DNA from: an uncultured Actinomycetota bacterium
Lineage (GTDB): Bacteria > Actinomycetota > Actinomycetes > JAFAQI01
Assembly (NCBI GenBank): GCA_963770565.1
Contig: CAVYQE010000001.1
Coordinates: 736,001 to 800,000 of the forward strand
DNA length: 64,000 nucleotides
Reading direction: 5' to 3'
In this document: positions 19,944-29,813 of the stretch, piece by piece
Numbering within the stretch: the first letter of the stretch is position 1
Layout: the number at the start of each line of letters is the position of its first letter
Translations under genes and position numbers: made by a program
Notes under the pieces: generated by a model
Told to the model about the DNA's origin: nothing
Databases searched by the model: none
Seen by the model: the letters and a program-made list of their open reading frames with translations, nothing else

Positions 19944-22814
19944 TCAGGCCGGTCGACGGGCGGGGAACTGGATTACCTGCTGGAAGGTGGGCCGGTTCTG
20001 CCAGTCGATCAGCGGCTGCGTGATCAAGCCGAACGGGGTGAAGTTGATCGCGTCGAACTGCGGCATGGTCTCCTTTGCGTTGCCGCTCGACTTCTCGTCC
20101 GCGATCAGCGCGCTGTCCTTCCTCCACTTGCTGACCTTGGCGGTGCCGTTCTCCTTCTTCAAGGTCCGGTACGTCCTCAGCAGCGCCGCGTTGATCGCCG
20201 CCCGGCAGCTACCCGGCCCGCTCGTGCACCACTTCTTGGTGATCACGGACGTAAACGGGTCGGCTGGGTGCTTGCCACTCAGCTGTTCGAGGACCTTCTC
20301 CATGTAGCCCTCCCAGCCGCCGTCGTACGAGCTGCCATGGCGCGATCCGTTGCCGTTCGGCGTATCAACGAAGCCCATCGGCAGGATGCTGTATCCGCCC
20401 GACGTCGGGTTGTAGCCGCCGCTCGTGGACCCGGGGCCGTTCAGGCCCGGACCCGCCAGCAGCCGGTTGAACACCGACTCGATCAGGGTCGGCTCCAGCT
20501 GATCCATGATCGCGATCGCGGCATGTTGTTGGTATTGCTTGGCCTTCGGCGACGCCTTGAGCCGATGCGTGCCGTCGGCATTCCACGCCGCGAGGGTCTT
20601 CAGCATCGATGCGACACCACTCGGTTCGTGCTGCCCCTTGACGTATCTGAGCAGCTTCGGCAACACGGTCAGCCCGGTCAGGTCCTGACTCGCTGCGGTC
20701 TCCATCGCCTTGACCACGTCGGCGCGGGTGAGCTTGTCGTGCGTGATCTTCATCTCGTGCTTGAGCTGCGCAACGAGCATCTGAGACCGGTACGACGGGC
20801 CATAGCCGTACTGGTCGTCGGCGGCCGAGAAACCGGGCGCCGGCTTGTTGTTCCAGCTGACGAAGAAGCCCTGCTTGGGGTCGGTCTCGTGGACGTGCTT
20901 CGAGGCAGCCAGGTAGCCACGCCACTCGGCGTTGCCGGTGCCCCAGGTCGGCAGGTTCGGGTTGGCGCCCTTGGCGCGGATCGGGTCCTTGCCACTGACG
21001 TAGTAGCCGATGTGCTTGCTGTCGACGTAGAACCAGTTGAACGTGTAGCCGATGTCCTTGGCGCCGTGCTCCCAGCTCTTCACGCTGTGCGTCAGCTTGG
21101 GCTCGCCCCACTGAAGGAAGCCGACCACTGAATCGACGTCGTGGTTGAACGTCGAGCGCTGGTTGACGACCGCCACCGGCTTGCCGCCGGAGGTGGTCCA
21201 GCCCTGGACCACGCCGTGGCGGGTCAGGTAGATGTCGTGGTTGATCGGGACCGCGGTGCCGCCGCCGAGCGGCTTGGTGTGCCCGGTCTCGTCAAAGGTC
21301 TCGTGCTTCATCGCGATGCACTTGCCCTTGTAGCGGTAGAACTTCTCGGTCGCCGTGGGCTTCTTGCCGTCGGGGTCGCAGATCAGCTCGAGCCGCTGGT
21401 CGATCAGGTCGGAGCCGGCCGAGGTGGCCGACCAGGCGTAGTCCTCGCCGCGGCCGAGCTCGACCAGCCCGGTGCCCGGGAACGATGCGCCTTCGGCGTG
21501 GTAGTTCGGGGTGCTGATCTCCTCCTGGGTGAGGATCTGGGGCGAGTAGTAGGACACCTGCGGTCCGAAGACCGCGATCGGGTGGTGCGCCTTGGTGTCC
21601 TTGGCGTCGACCACCAGCGCGTTGCTCATGTCCGACGGGGTCCGCTCGAGCGAGGCGATGTCCTTGAGAACCGCAACGTTGGCACCGGCGCCGCCGCAGG
21701 CCGCCGTGGTGTCGACCGGGCCGCCCTTCAACGGGTTGCGCGGGTGGTCGGGGATCGCGGTCAGCTTGGCGTTGATGTGCGTGGGCATCGTCTCGTACGG
21801 GAACGACTTGCCGACCACGGTGGTCGGCGTACTCGGGTCGTTCTGCTCCTTGAACTCGGCGAACGCCTTGGCGCCGGCCTTCTTGCCGAGCTTGTGCTGC
21901 AGGTAGGTGTAGAGCGCGGAGTTGGCGACCTCGATGCCGCCGCCGCGGCCGAAGATGCCGCCGATCAGCCCGCCGACCGACACCACGTCAGCCGGAGTCC
22001 ACAGCGCCGGGGTCGGTGCGGACACGCCTTGGTAGTCGCCGTCCAGCTCGCTCGGGTGCTTCTGGGTCTGCGCGATCCAGGCGTTGATGCCATCGACGTA
22101 GGCGTCGATCATGTTCTTCGCGAGCAGACCCTGCTTGCCGTACTCGGCCGGCAGCGCGTTGACCTGGGCATCGCCCTGGGCCTGGGAGTAAGGCGCGAGC
22201 AGGAGCTGGTCGTGGTCCATCTGCTCATCCGAGCAGGAGGGGCCGGCGAACGAGCTGAGGTCGCCCGCGCCGAAGTGCCGCAGGACATCCATGAGGAACA
22301 ACCGGTCCTGGGCCTGCGCATAGCCGGCGCCGAACGCCCCGGCCTCGTCGGTCGCGCCGTAGATGTGCGGGACGTCATTGGGCCCGCGGACGATCTCGAC
22401 CGTGCCGGCGGGGTACTTGGTGCTCGAGGGCATCTCGGTGCGCAGGATGTCCTTCTTCGGTACGCCGAAGGACTCGTCGTCGTAGTACTTGCCGAGCTTC
22501 CTGTCGGTCAGCTTCGAGTATCCGTACAGCAGGTTCTCGTACTTGCCGAGCTGATCCTGGCTGTGCGCCGGCCGGGTGCCGAAGAAGCCGTAGGCCACCA
22601 GGTCGGCCTCCGTCGCGCTGCCGTTCTCGCCCGGCGGCAGGATGCTCATCGCCTGGCCGTGGGCGTAGTCGTGGGCCCGGTAGGCCAGGCTCGGGAGCTT
22701 CGGCTTGCCCGCCGCAGTGGCGGAGCTGGCCGGCGCGCTCATCGCCGCGGTGAGGGCGAGGGTGCTGACGGCGAGGGCGGCGGTTGCGGTACGGATGACG
22801 GCGGTTCGGCGCAT
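19944..22814 (-). CDS. Secreted penicillin acylase family (Ntn-hydrolase) protein
   Basis: Signal peptide; VPHIYG, GYAQAQDRL, beta-chain start SNALVV, SWNNK, WQNRPTFQQ. Confidence 0.88.
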   Translation of the reverse strand: MRRTAVIRTATAALAVSTLALTAAMSAPASSATAAGKPKLPSLAYRAHDYAHGQAMSILPPGENGSATEADLVAYGFFGTRPAHSQDQLGKYENLLYGYSKLTDRKLGKYYDDESFGVPKKDILRTEMPSSTKYPAGTVEIVRGPNDVPHIYGATDEAGAFGAGYAQAQDRLFLMDVLRHFGAGDLSSFAGPSCSDEQMDHDQLLLAPYSQAQGDAQVNALPAEYGKQGLLAKNMIDAYVDGINAWIAQTQKHPSELDGDYQGVSAPTPALWTPADVVSVGGLIGGIFGRGGGIEVANSALYTYLQHKLGKKAGAKAFAEFKEQNDPSTPTTVVGKSFPYETMPTHINAKLTAIPDHPRNPLKGGPVDTTAACGGAGANVAVLKDIASLERTPSDMSNALVVDAKDTKAHHPIAVFGPQVSYYSPQILTQEEISTPNYHAEGASFPGTGLVELGRGEDYAWSATSAGSDLIDQRLELICDPDGKKPTATEKFYRYKGKCIAMKHETFDETGHTKPLGGGTAVPINHDIYLTRHGVVQGWTTSGGKPVAVVNQRSTFNHDVDSVVGFLQWGEPKLTHSVKSWEHGAKDIGYTFNWFYVDSKHIGYYVSGKDPIRAKGANPNLPTWGTGNAEWRGYLAASKHVHETDPKQGFFVSWNNKPAPGFSAADDQYGYGPSYRSQMLVAQLKHEMKITHDKLTRADVVKAMETAASQDLTGLTVLPKLLRYVKGQHEPSGVASMLKTLAAWNADGTHRLKASPKAKQYQQHAAIAIMDQLEPTLIESVFNRLLAGPGLNGPGSTSGGYNPTSGGYSILPMGFVDTPNGNGSRHGSSYDGGWEGYMEKVLEQLSGKHPADPFTSVITKKWCTSGPGSCRAAINAALLRTYRTLKKENGTAKVSKWRKDSALIADEKSSGNAKETMPQFDAINFTPFGLITQPLIDWQNRPTFQQVIQFPARRPA

Positions 22815-22846
22815 GCGCGGATCGTACTCACAGGTAACGGAGCCGC

Positions 22847-23575
22847 TCAGTGGGCAGTAGCGCGCCAGGTCTCGCAGACGAAGGAGATCGTGAACCGGTC
22901 GGGCGGCACTGCCGAGCGCAGGTCGTCGACGAGCTTCTGCCGGTCCTCGGGATCGAGGAGGATGGCCTGGCTGCGCGACAACCCGTAGGCCACGATCCGA
23001 TCAGGGTCGTAGCGCTGTTGATGGTGGACTACCAGCCGCTCAGGGACGCTGAAACGCTGCGGATCGTCGTACGGCGCCTCGGCCCCATCGTCGTCGGGCA
23101 TGTCGTCGCTGCGTTCCTCGGCACCGATGATGTCGGCGACCGTGCGGGACAGCTCGTCGGTGGTGTCGATCAGGTTCCAGGTCACCACCAGGTGGCCGGC
23201 CGGGCGCAGCACCCGGTGGACCTCCACGACTGCCTGCGGGATGTCGAACCAGTGCCAGGCCTGCCCGACGAAGACCGCGTCGACGGCGTCATCGGCCAGC
23301 GGGATGGCCTCGGCGGTGCCGTCGAGGGCGCTGGCCGGGCTCGGGATCAACGCGCGCATCTCGGCGAGCGGCTCGACCGAGGTCACCTTGAGGCCGAGTT
23401 CGAGCAGGCCGGCGGTCAGGATCCCGGTGCCGGCGGCAAGGTCGAGCGCTGCGGTGGCGCCGGGCGGGCCACCCCATTGCAGCGCCTCGAGCGGGTAGCT
23501 CGGCCGGCCGGTGGCATAAGCAACGGCGGCGGCCCCGAACGAGGACCGCCGCCGTTCCCAGATCTCGTCACTCAC
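22847..23575 (-). CDS. Class I SAM-dependent methyltransferase
   Basis: RPSYP, LDLAAGTG, QAWHWF. Confidence 0.88.
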   Translation of the reverse strand: MSDEIWERRRSSFGAAAVAYATGRPSYPLEALQWGGPPGATAALDLAAGTGILTAGLLELGLKVTSVEPLAEMRALIPSPASALDGTAEAIPLADDAVDAVFVGQAWHWFDIPQAVVEVHRVLRPAGHLVVTWNLIDTTDELSRTVADIIGAEERSDDMPDDDGAEAPYDDPQRFSVPERLVVHHQQRYDPDRIVAYGLSRSQAILLDPEDRQKLVDDLRSAVPPDRFTISFVCETWRATAH

Positions 23576-23621
23576 GCCTCCAGCCTGCCACCCACCCGGT
23601 GTCGAGCAGGCTCGCGGACGG

Positions 23622-24179
23622 TTAGCGGCGGACGGCTGCGATGTCGAACTCGAGCTTGATCTTCTCGCTGATCACCAGGCCGCCGGTGCCCAGCGGTGCG
23701 TTGAAGCTGACGCCCCAGTCGCTCCGGTTGATCGTGGCGGAGCCTTCGAAGCCGACCCGGAAGTTGCCCCACGGGTCCTGCGCGGCACCGGTCTTCTCGA
23801 ACGTCACCGCGACCGGCTTGGTGATGTCGCGGATGGTCAGGTCGCCGTGCAGGACGAACTCGTCGTCGGTCACCCGCTCGGCCGAAGTACTGACAAAAGT
23901 GATCTTCGGGTACTTCTCGACCTCGAAGAAGTCCGCGCCGCGGACGTGGTCGTCACGCTGGGGGTTGCCGGTGTAGATGCTCGCGGCGTCGATCTCGACC
24001 CGGGCCGTGCTGTTCGCGACGTTGTCCTCGTCGAGGTGAACCTCGGCGGTGTAGTCGGCGAACTGCCCGCGGACGGTAGTGACCATGGCGTGCTTAGCGG
24101 CGAAGCCGAGCCGGCTGTGGGTCGGGTCGACGTCGTAGTCACCGGTGAGGGTCTGCGGAGCGAGGGTGGTGGTGGTCAT
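23622..24179 (-). CDS. YceI family (polyisoprenoid-binding) protein
   Basis: DPTHS, VRGQF, RDDHVRGADFF, GDLTIR; SD AAGGAG. Confidence 0.92.
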   Translation of the reverse strand: MTTTTLAPQTLTGDYDVDPTHSRLGFAAKHAMVTTVRGQFADYTAEVHLDEDNVANSTARVEIDAASIYTGNPQRDDHVRGADFFEVEKYPKITFVSTSAERVTDDEFVLHGDLTIRDITKPVAVTFEKTGAAQDPWGNFRVGFEGSATINRSDWGVSFNAPLGTGGLVISEKIKLEFDIAAVRR

Positions 24180-24195
24180 GGGGTGCTCCTTCAAG

Positions 24196-24255
24196 TAGTT
24201 GTTATCGCAAGTAACGTGCCCACCCTACGCGCTATTCCTTGCACTCGCAAATAAT
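24196..24255. promoter_or_regulatory. Two palindromic operator candidates between yceI and marR
   Basis: TAGTTGTTATCGCAAGTA (24196-24213) and ATTCCTTGCACTCGCAAATAAT (24234-24255), both TTG-N6-CAA in an AT-rich divergent promoter region. Confidence 0.55.
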
Positions 24256-24280
24256 TGCCGATCCCCGTATTCTGTTGGGC

Positions 24281-24796
24281 ATGACGACGCCGAGCCCGTG
24301 CTCGACCCGGCCGCTCGATTCGGCCGAGATGAGCGCCTGGCATGCCCTGATCCGGGCTCACAGCCGGGTCGTTCGGCGGCTGGAGGCGGAGTTGGAGGCC
24401 GAGCACGCCCTGTCGCTGCCGGCCTACGAAGTGCTCGCTCATCTGTCCGAGGCCCCGGAGCAACGGCTGCGGATGACCGAGCTCGCCCGGCACGCGGTCC
24501 TCACCCCGAGCGGGCTGACCCGGCTGGTCGACAAGCTGGCCCGTGACGGCCTGGTCGAGCGCCAGCGCTGCGGCGCCGACGCCCGGGTGGTCTATGCGGT
24601 GCTCACCGAGGAGGGGATGGCCCGGCTGGTGGCCGCGTATCCCACCCACGTGCGAGGTGTTCGCGAGCACTACCTCGACTGGCTGACCGAGGCCCAGAAG
24701 GACGCGGTCTCGGACGCGCTCGGCGATCTGGCCGGCGCCTGCCGGCACGAGGCCTGCCTCAACGAGTTGGCGGTCGACGTCCCCACCCAGTCGTGA
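24281..24796 (+). CDS. MarR family transcriptional regulator
   Basis: YEVLAHL, LRMTELA, SGLTRLVDKL, GLVER, DARV..LT. Confidence 0.9.
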   Translation: MTTPSPCSTRPLDSAEMSAWHALIRAHSRVVRRLEAELEAEHALSLPAYEVLAHLSEAPEQRLRMTELARHAVLTPSGLTRLVDKLARDGLVERQRCGADARVVYAVLTEEGMARLVAAYPTHVRGVREHYLDWLTEAQKDAVSDALGDLAGACRHEACLNELAVDVPTQS

Positions 24797-25308
24797 CCGT
24801 CGTACTCCGGCCGGCCCGCACGTCCGATGTCGCGCTGATCCGCCGGCTGATCGACCTCTATGCCGACAAGGGGATCCTGCTCGACAAGCCGACGGTCACC
24901 TTGTACGAGGACGTCCAGGAGTTCGTGATCGCCGAGGTCGACGGCGAGCCGGTCGGGTGCGGTGCATTGCACGTCCTCTGGTCGGATCTCGCCGAGGTCC
25001 GGACCCTCGCGGTCGACCCGGTCTGCCGGCGCAACGGGGTCGGGCACGCCTTGTTGGCGGAGCTGCTCGAGCGAGCGCGGGCGGTCGGGGTCAGCCGGGT
25101 GTTCTGCTTGACCTTCGAGGTGGCCTTCTTCGAGGCGCATGGCTTCACGCCGTTCACCGCCCAGGCAGTCGAGCCAGGGGTCTATGAGGAGCTGCTGCGC
25201 TCGTACGACGAGGGCGTCGCGGAGTTCCTCGGGCTGGAGCACGTGAAGCCGAACATCCTCGGCAACACCCGGATGCTGCTCGAGCTCGGCCCGCCCGAGC
25301 CGACCTGA
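24793..25308 (+). CDS. argA: Short GNAT amino-acid N-acetyltransferase (actinobacterial ArgA-type)
   Basis: LYEDVQEF, GCGALHV, LAEVRTLAV, FCLTFEV, ILGNTRML. Confidence 0.8.
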   Translation: MTVVLRPARTSDVALIRRLIDLYADKGILLDKPTVTLYEDVQEFVIAEVDGEPVGCGALHVLWSDLAEVRTLAVDPVCRRNGVGHALLAELLERARAVGVSRVFCLTFEVAFFEAHGFTPFTAQAVEPGVYEELLRSYDEGVAEFLGLEHVKPNILGNTRMLLELGPPEPT

Positions 25309-25326
25309 TTCACCCCCGTTCGGGGA

Positions 25327-26040
25327 TCAGGCGGTGTCGATCACCCAGAACGCCTCGGCCAGCCGGCCCTCCGGCAGGCCGGCGGCCTGCGCGTTGGACC
25401 CCAGCCACCAGCGCAGCAGCCGGTCGATGTCGTCGGCGCTCTTGATCTGGCTCTTGTGGTGCAGCAGCGCCGCCTTCTTGCGCTCGAAGACGTCGGTGAC
25501 GTCGACATAGTGGTTGACCCGCTCCATCGCGGTGACCCACGTCTCGGGGACCGACCACGCCTCCAGGTGGCCGAGGCTGTCGGGGAACGCGAACTCGTTG
25601 CGCGCGTCGGGATACAGCGCCGACAGCGTGGCCTCGCCGACCGCAGTGTGATCGGGATGCGCGGCCGGCAGCCGCGACATGTGCCGCTCGGGTGACTGGG
25701 CGACCAGCCGATGTGGCCGGACCTCGCGGATGACCCGGGCGATGTCGCGGCGCAGATCCAGGCTGACCTCGACCTGGCCGTCCGGATAGCCGAGGAAACG
25801 TACGTCGGTGACCCCGACCGCCTTGGCGGCCGCACGCTGCTCGGCCTGGCGGATGCCGGCGATGTCGCCGCGCGGGACGCTCGGGTCGAAGCCGCCGGCG
25901 TCGCCACTCGTCACGATGCAATAGCTGACCTCGATCCCGGCGTCGGTCCACGTCGCGACCGTGCCCGCGAGGGCGAAGTCGACGTCGTCGGGATGCGCCA
26001 TGACGGCCAGGATCCGTTCGATGCTGCTGTCCTCGATCAC
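25327..26040 (-). CDS. PIG-L family deacetylase
   Basis: AHPDD, TSGDAG, HPDH; GTG 26040 with -10 TAGCCT 7 nt upstream. Confidence 0.88.
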   Translation of the reverse strand: MIEDSSIERILAVMAHPDDVDFALAGTVATWTDAGIEVSYCIVTSGDAGGFDPSVPRGDIAGIRQAEQRAAAKAVGVTDVRFLGYPDGQVEVSLDLRRDIARVIREVRPHRLVAQSPERHMSRLPAAHPDHTAVGEATLSALYPDARNEFAFPDSLGHLEAWSVPETWVTAMERVNHYVDVTDVFERKKAALLHHKSQIKSADDIDRLLRWWLGSNAQAAGLPEGRLAEAFWVIDTA

Positions 26041-26110
26041 CCGCGAGAGGCTACGTGAGCCGTCCGACGCGCTCCGATGACGGCACCGCGACATAGGCTC
26101 GGTCGCGCCG

Positions 26111-28387
26111 ATGACGATGCCTGTTGACACCCGCGGCGAGCCCGCCGAGCCCGCCGACGCAGCCCCCGAGCGCGCCCGTCCGCACGCGCTGGTCGAGCCC
26201 GAGGTCCTGCTCGAAGGCCTCAACCCGCAGCAGCGCGCCGCGGTAGTCCACGAGGGTGGTCCGCTGCTGATCGTCGCCGGCGCGGGCTCGGGGAAGACCC
26301 GGGTCCTCACCCACCGGATCGCCTGGCTGCTCGGCGAGCGCGGGGTGCAGCCCGGTCAGGTCCTGGCCATCACCTTCACCAACAAGGCCGCCGGCGAGAT
26401 GAAGGACCGGGTCGCGCGGCTGGTCGGCAACCGGGCCCGGGCGATGTGGGTGTCGACCTTCCACTCGGCGTGCGTCCGGATCCTGCGCGCGGAGGGCAAG
26501 CGGCTCGGGTTCACCAGCTCGTTCTCGATCTACGACGCGGACGATGCGCGGCGGTTGATGACGACGGTCTGCCGCGACCTCGACTTCGATCCGAAGCGGC
26601 TGTCCGCGCGGTCGGTGAGCGCCCAGGTCTCCAATCTCAAGAACGATCTCGTCGACTTCGAGGATGCCAAAGCCCGCGCGACCAGCCATCTCGAGCGGAT
26701 GGTGGCCGATGCCTACGAGCTCTACCAGCGCCGGCTCGGGCAGTCCAACGCGCTCGATTTCGACGACCTGATCATGACGACCGTGACTGTGCTGCAGTTG
26801 TTCCCCGACGTCGCCGAGCACTATCGCCGACGGTTCCGGCACGTGCTGGTCGATGAATACCAGGACACCAACCACGCCCAGTACGTCCTGGTGCGCGAGC
26901 TCGTTGGCTCCGGCCCCGATGCGGCCGAGCTCTGCGTGGTCGGTGACGCCGACCAGTCGGTCTATGCGTTTCGTGGCGCGACGATCCGCAACATCCTGCA
27001 GTTCGAGGCGGACTACCCCGACGCGAAGGTGATCCTGCTCGAGCAGAACTACCGGTCGACCCAGACCATCCTCAACGCTGCCAATGCGGTGATCTCCCGC
27101 AACCCCGACCGCAAGCCCAAGCGACTGTGGTCCGATGCAGGCGACGGCGAGAAGATCGTCGGGTACGTCGCGGACAACGAGCACGACGAGGCGGCTTGGA
27201 TCGCCGGCGAGATCGACCGGCTGGCCGACGAGGCCGGCGTGCGTGCCTGTGACGTCGCGGTTTTCTACCGGACCAACGCGCAGAGCCGGGTCTTCGAAGA
27301 GGTCTTCATCCGGGTCGGCCTGCCTTACAAGGTGGTCGGCGGGGTTCGGTTCTACGAGCGACGCGAGATCCGCGACGCGCTGGCCTACCTCAGGGTGCTG
27401 TTCAACCCGGCCGACTCGGTGTCGCTGCGACGGATCCTCAACGTGCCGAAGCGCGGGATCGGCGACACGTCGGAGGCGACGATCGCCGCGATGGCCGAGC
27501 GCGACCGGGTGACCTTCTGGGAGGCCCTGCACAAGGCGGCGGAGGACGGCACCCTCGCGACCCGTTCGCACAACGCCGTGCAGTCCTTCGTGACCCTCAT
27601 CGACGGGCTGACCGAGCTGGCCGGGGCCGCGCCCGGCGACGTGCTCGAGGCGGTGCTCGACCGCACCGGCTACCTGGCCGAGCTGCGGGCGAGCTCCGAT
27701 CCGCAGGACGAAGGCCGGGTCGAGAACCTCGAGGAGCTCGTGTCGGTCGCGCGGGAGTTCGAGCAGACCCGGCCCGAGGGCACTCTCGGCGACTTCCTGG
27801 AGCAGGTGTCCCTGATCGCCGACGCCGACCAGGTGCCGAGCCCCGACGGCTCGGACGGCGTGGTCACCCTGATGACGCTGCACACCGCGAAGGGCCTCGA
27901 GTTCCCGGTGGTGTTCCTTTCAGGGATGGAGGACGGCGTCTTCCCGCACCTGCGCTCGATGGGCAACTCCGCCGAGCTCGAGGAGGAGCGCCGGCTCGCC
28001 TACGTCGGGATCACCAGGGCGGAGAAGCGGCTGTACGTGAGCCGCGCCAACATCCGCTCGGCCTGGGGGTCGCCGGCGTACAACCCGCCGTCCCGGTTCC
28101 TCGACGATCTGCCGCCCGAGCTGATCGAGTGGCAGGGCGCCACCGAGGTCAGCGCGTCGCAGCTCGCGATCGAGCGGGCGAATCGGCGGGGCCGATCGGC
28201 GGGCACCGGGCTGCGCCCGATCCCGTCGCTGTCGCCCGGGGACCGGGTGACGCATGACGCATTCGGGATGGGCCGGGTGGTCGCGGTGCGCGGAGTGGAC
28301 AGCTCCGCCGAGGCGGAGGTCGATTTCGGCGACGAGGTGGGCCGAAAGCGGCTCCTGCTTCGTTACGCACCGATCGTGAAGCTCTGA
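26111..28387 (+). CDS. pcrA: ATP-dependent DNA helicase PcrA/UvrD
   Basis: AGAGSGKT, VDEYQD, NYRS, HTAKGLEF, EERRLAYVGITRA, C-terminal Tudor-like domain. Confidence 0.97.
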   Translation: MTMPVDTRGEPAEPADAAPERARPHALVEPEVLLEGLNPQQRAAVVHEGGPLLIVAGAGSGKTRVLTHRIAWLLGERGVQPGQVLAITFTNKAAGEMKDRVARLVGNRARAMWVSTFHSACVRILRAEGKRLGFTSSFSIYDADDARRLMTTVCRDLDFDPKRLSARSVSAQVSNLKNDLVDFEDAKARATSHLERMVADAYELYQRRLGQSNALDFDDLIMTTVTVLQLFPDVAEHYRRRFRHVLVDEYQDTNHAQYVLVRELVGSGPDAAELCVVGDADQSVYAFRGATIRNILQFEADYPDAKVILLEQNYRSTQTILNAANAVISRNPDRKPKRLWSDAGDGEKIVGYVADNEHDEAAWIAGEIDRLADEAGVRACDVAVFYRTNAQSRVFEEVFIRVGLPYKVVGGVRFYERREIRDALAYLRVLFNPADSVSLRRILNVPKRGIGDTSEATIAAMAERDRVTFWEALHKAAEDGTLATRSHNAVQSFVTLIDGLTELAGAAPGDVLEAVLDRTGYLAELRASSDPQDEGRVENLEELVSVAREFEQTRPEGTLGDFLEQVSLIADADQVPSPDGSDGVVTLMTLHTAKGLEFPVVFLSGMEDGVFPHLRSMGNSAELEEERRLAYVGITRAEKRLYVSRANIRSAWGSPAYNPPSRFLDDLPPELIEWQGATEVSASQLAIERANRRGRSAGTGLRPIPSLSPGDRVTHDAFGMGRVVAVRGVDSSAEAEVDFGDEVGRKRLLLRYAPIVKL

Positions 28388-28477
28388 AACTCCTGTTCGC
28401 GTTCTCTGAACGGCTCCTCAGGTTTGGCCCGTATACCCGGTTAGGCTGGAGTTTCCGCTGATCACGAAAGGGCTCTC

Positions 28478-29347
28478 GTGGGACGCAAGACGAACAAGCA
28501 GCGCCGTCAGGAGCAAGCGGTCACCGCTCGCGAGAAGGCGGCTCAGGCGCGCGTGGAGCATCAGCGGGTCGCCCAACGCCGCCGCGCCATGACGATCTTG
28601 AGCACGGTCGCCGTGCTCGCGGTAGCCATCGCGCTGGTCGCGGTCATCGCGATTCAGGCGCACCACACGAGCAAGAACGATCGGTCGAACGCGGCCGGCT
28701 CGGTGGTTGACAGCGTGACGTCGGTGACTCCCGCGTCGCTCGCGACGATCGGCAAGGGCTCGGCGACGCTGCTGGCGCAGCCGACCAAGGGCGATCCGCC
28801 GCTGACGCTCAATGGCAAGCCCGAGTTCCTGTTCATCGGCGCCGAGTTCTGCCCGTACTGTGCGGCCGAGCGGTGGTCGATCGTCCAGGCGCTGTCGAGA
28901 TTCGGCACGTTCTCGGGCCTGTCGGAGATCCGGTCCGCGGTCGACGACGGCAATATCGCGACGTTCAGCTTCTACAAGTCGAGCTACACCAGCAAGTACA
29001 TCTCGTTCGTGCCGGTCGAGAACGAGGACCGCGCTTCGAAGCTGCTGCAGCCGCTGACGTCCGCACAGGGAAAGATCTTCAAGAAGTACACGAACGGTTT
29101 CCCATTCCTGTATTTCGGCGGGAAGTACTACCAGACCAACGCCGGCTACAACCCGGACGACCTCAGCGGGCTCGATCAACAGCAGATCGCCACTCAGCTG
29201 AAGGACCCGACCAGCAAGGTTGCAACCGACATCCTCGGTGAGGCCAACAACCTGACCGCGACTCTTTGCAAGCTCACCAATAATCAGCCGGCGAGCGTCT
29301 GTCTCACCCCGACGATCACCGACCTGCAGAGCCAACTCGGTGTCTGA
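28478..29347 (+). CDS. DUF929-like membrane-anchored thioredoxin-fold protein (CPYC), paralog A
   Basis: Basic N-terminus plus one TM; GAEFCPYCAAERW, ALSRFG, GFPF, C-terminal CKLTNNQPASVC. Confidence 0.8.
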   Translation: MGRKTNKQRRQEQAVTAREKAAQARVEHQRVAQRRRAMTILSTVAVLAVAIALVAVIAIQAHHTSKNDRSNAAGSVVDSVTSVTPASLATIGKGSATLLAQPTKGDPPLTLNGKPEFLFIGAEFCPYCAAERWSIVQALSRFGTFSGLSEIRSAVDDGNIATFSFYKSSYTSKYISFVPVENEDRASKLLQPLTSAQGKIFKKYTNGFPFLYFGGKYYQTNAGYNPDDLSGLDQQQIATQLKDPTSKVATDILGEANNLTATLCKLTNNQPASVCLTPTITDLQSQLGV

Positions 29348-29804
29348 GTCGCAGAACGTCCGCTGGGCCTGGCCGGCGACCTTGCCGCTCGCGGTTATCG
29401 GATTGGGCGTCTCGGCGTACCTGACCTATGCCCACTTCAACACCTCGGTCGTGCTGTCCTGCCCAGAGACCGGCCATATCAACTGCACGAAGGTCACCAC
29501 GAGCGCTCAGTCGGAGATCTTCGGTCACATCCCCGTGGCGTTGGCGGGGTTGCTCTACTACGTCATCATGGTCGCGCTCGTCACGCCGTGGGCCTGGCGG
29601 GCCGCCAACCCGTGGATCGGCCGGCTGCGGATGGCCGGCGCGATCGCCGGCCTCGGAATGGTCTGCTATCTCGTGTTCGTCGAAGCCGTGCAGTTGAAAG
29701 CGATCTGCCTCTACTGCACCGCGGTGCACATCATCACTTTCTTGCTCTTCATGGTTGTCCTAGCGGCGTACCTGTTGCGGCCGCTCGATCCGAACAAAGG
29801 GTGA
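29340..29804 (+). CDS. Vitamin K epoxide reductase (VKOR) family protein
   Basis: SAYLT, loop cysteines CPETGHINC, S..FGHIPVA, ICLYC..H; 4 TM. Confidence 0.9.
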   Translation: MSESQNVRWAWPATLPLAVIGLGVSAYLTYAHFNTSVVLSCPETGHINCTKVTTSAQSEIFGHIPVALAGLLYYVIMVALVTPWAWRAANPWIGRLRMAGAIAGLGMVCYLVFVEAVQLKAICLYCTAVHIITFLLFMVVLAAYLLRPLDPNKG

Positions 29805-29813
29805 GTTGGCGAG

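Noticed and set aside
28382-28421. CTCTGAA direct repeat (22-nt spacing) upstream of the DUF929-VKOR operon as an MprA/OmpR-type box
   Set aside because: The first copy overlaps the pcrA stop, and the spacing to the TCTCAG-like half-sites does not fit an 11-nt period; too weak to call.
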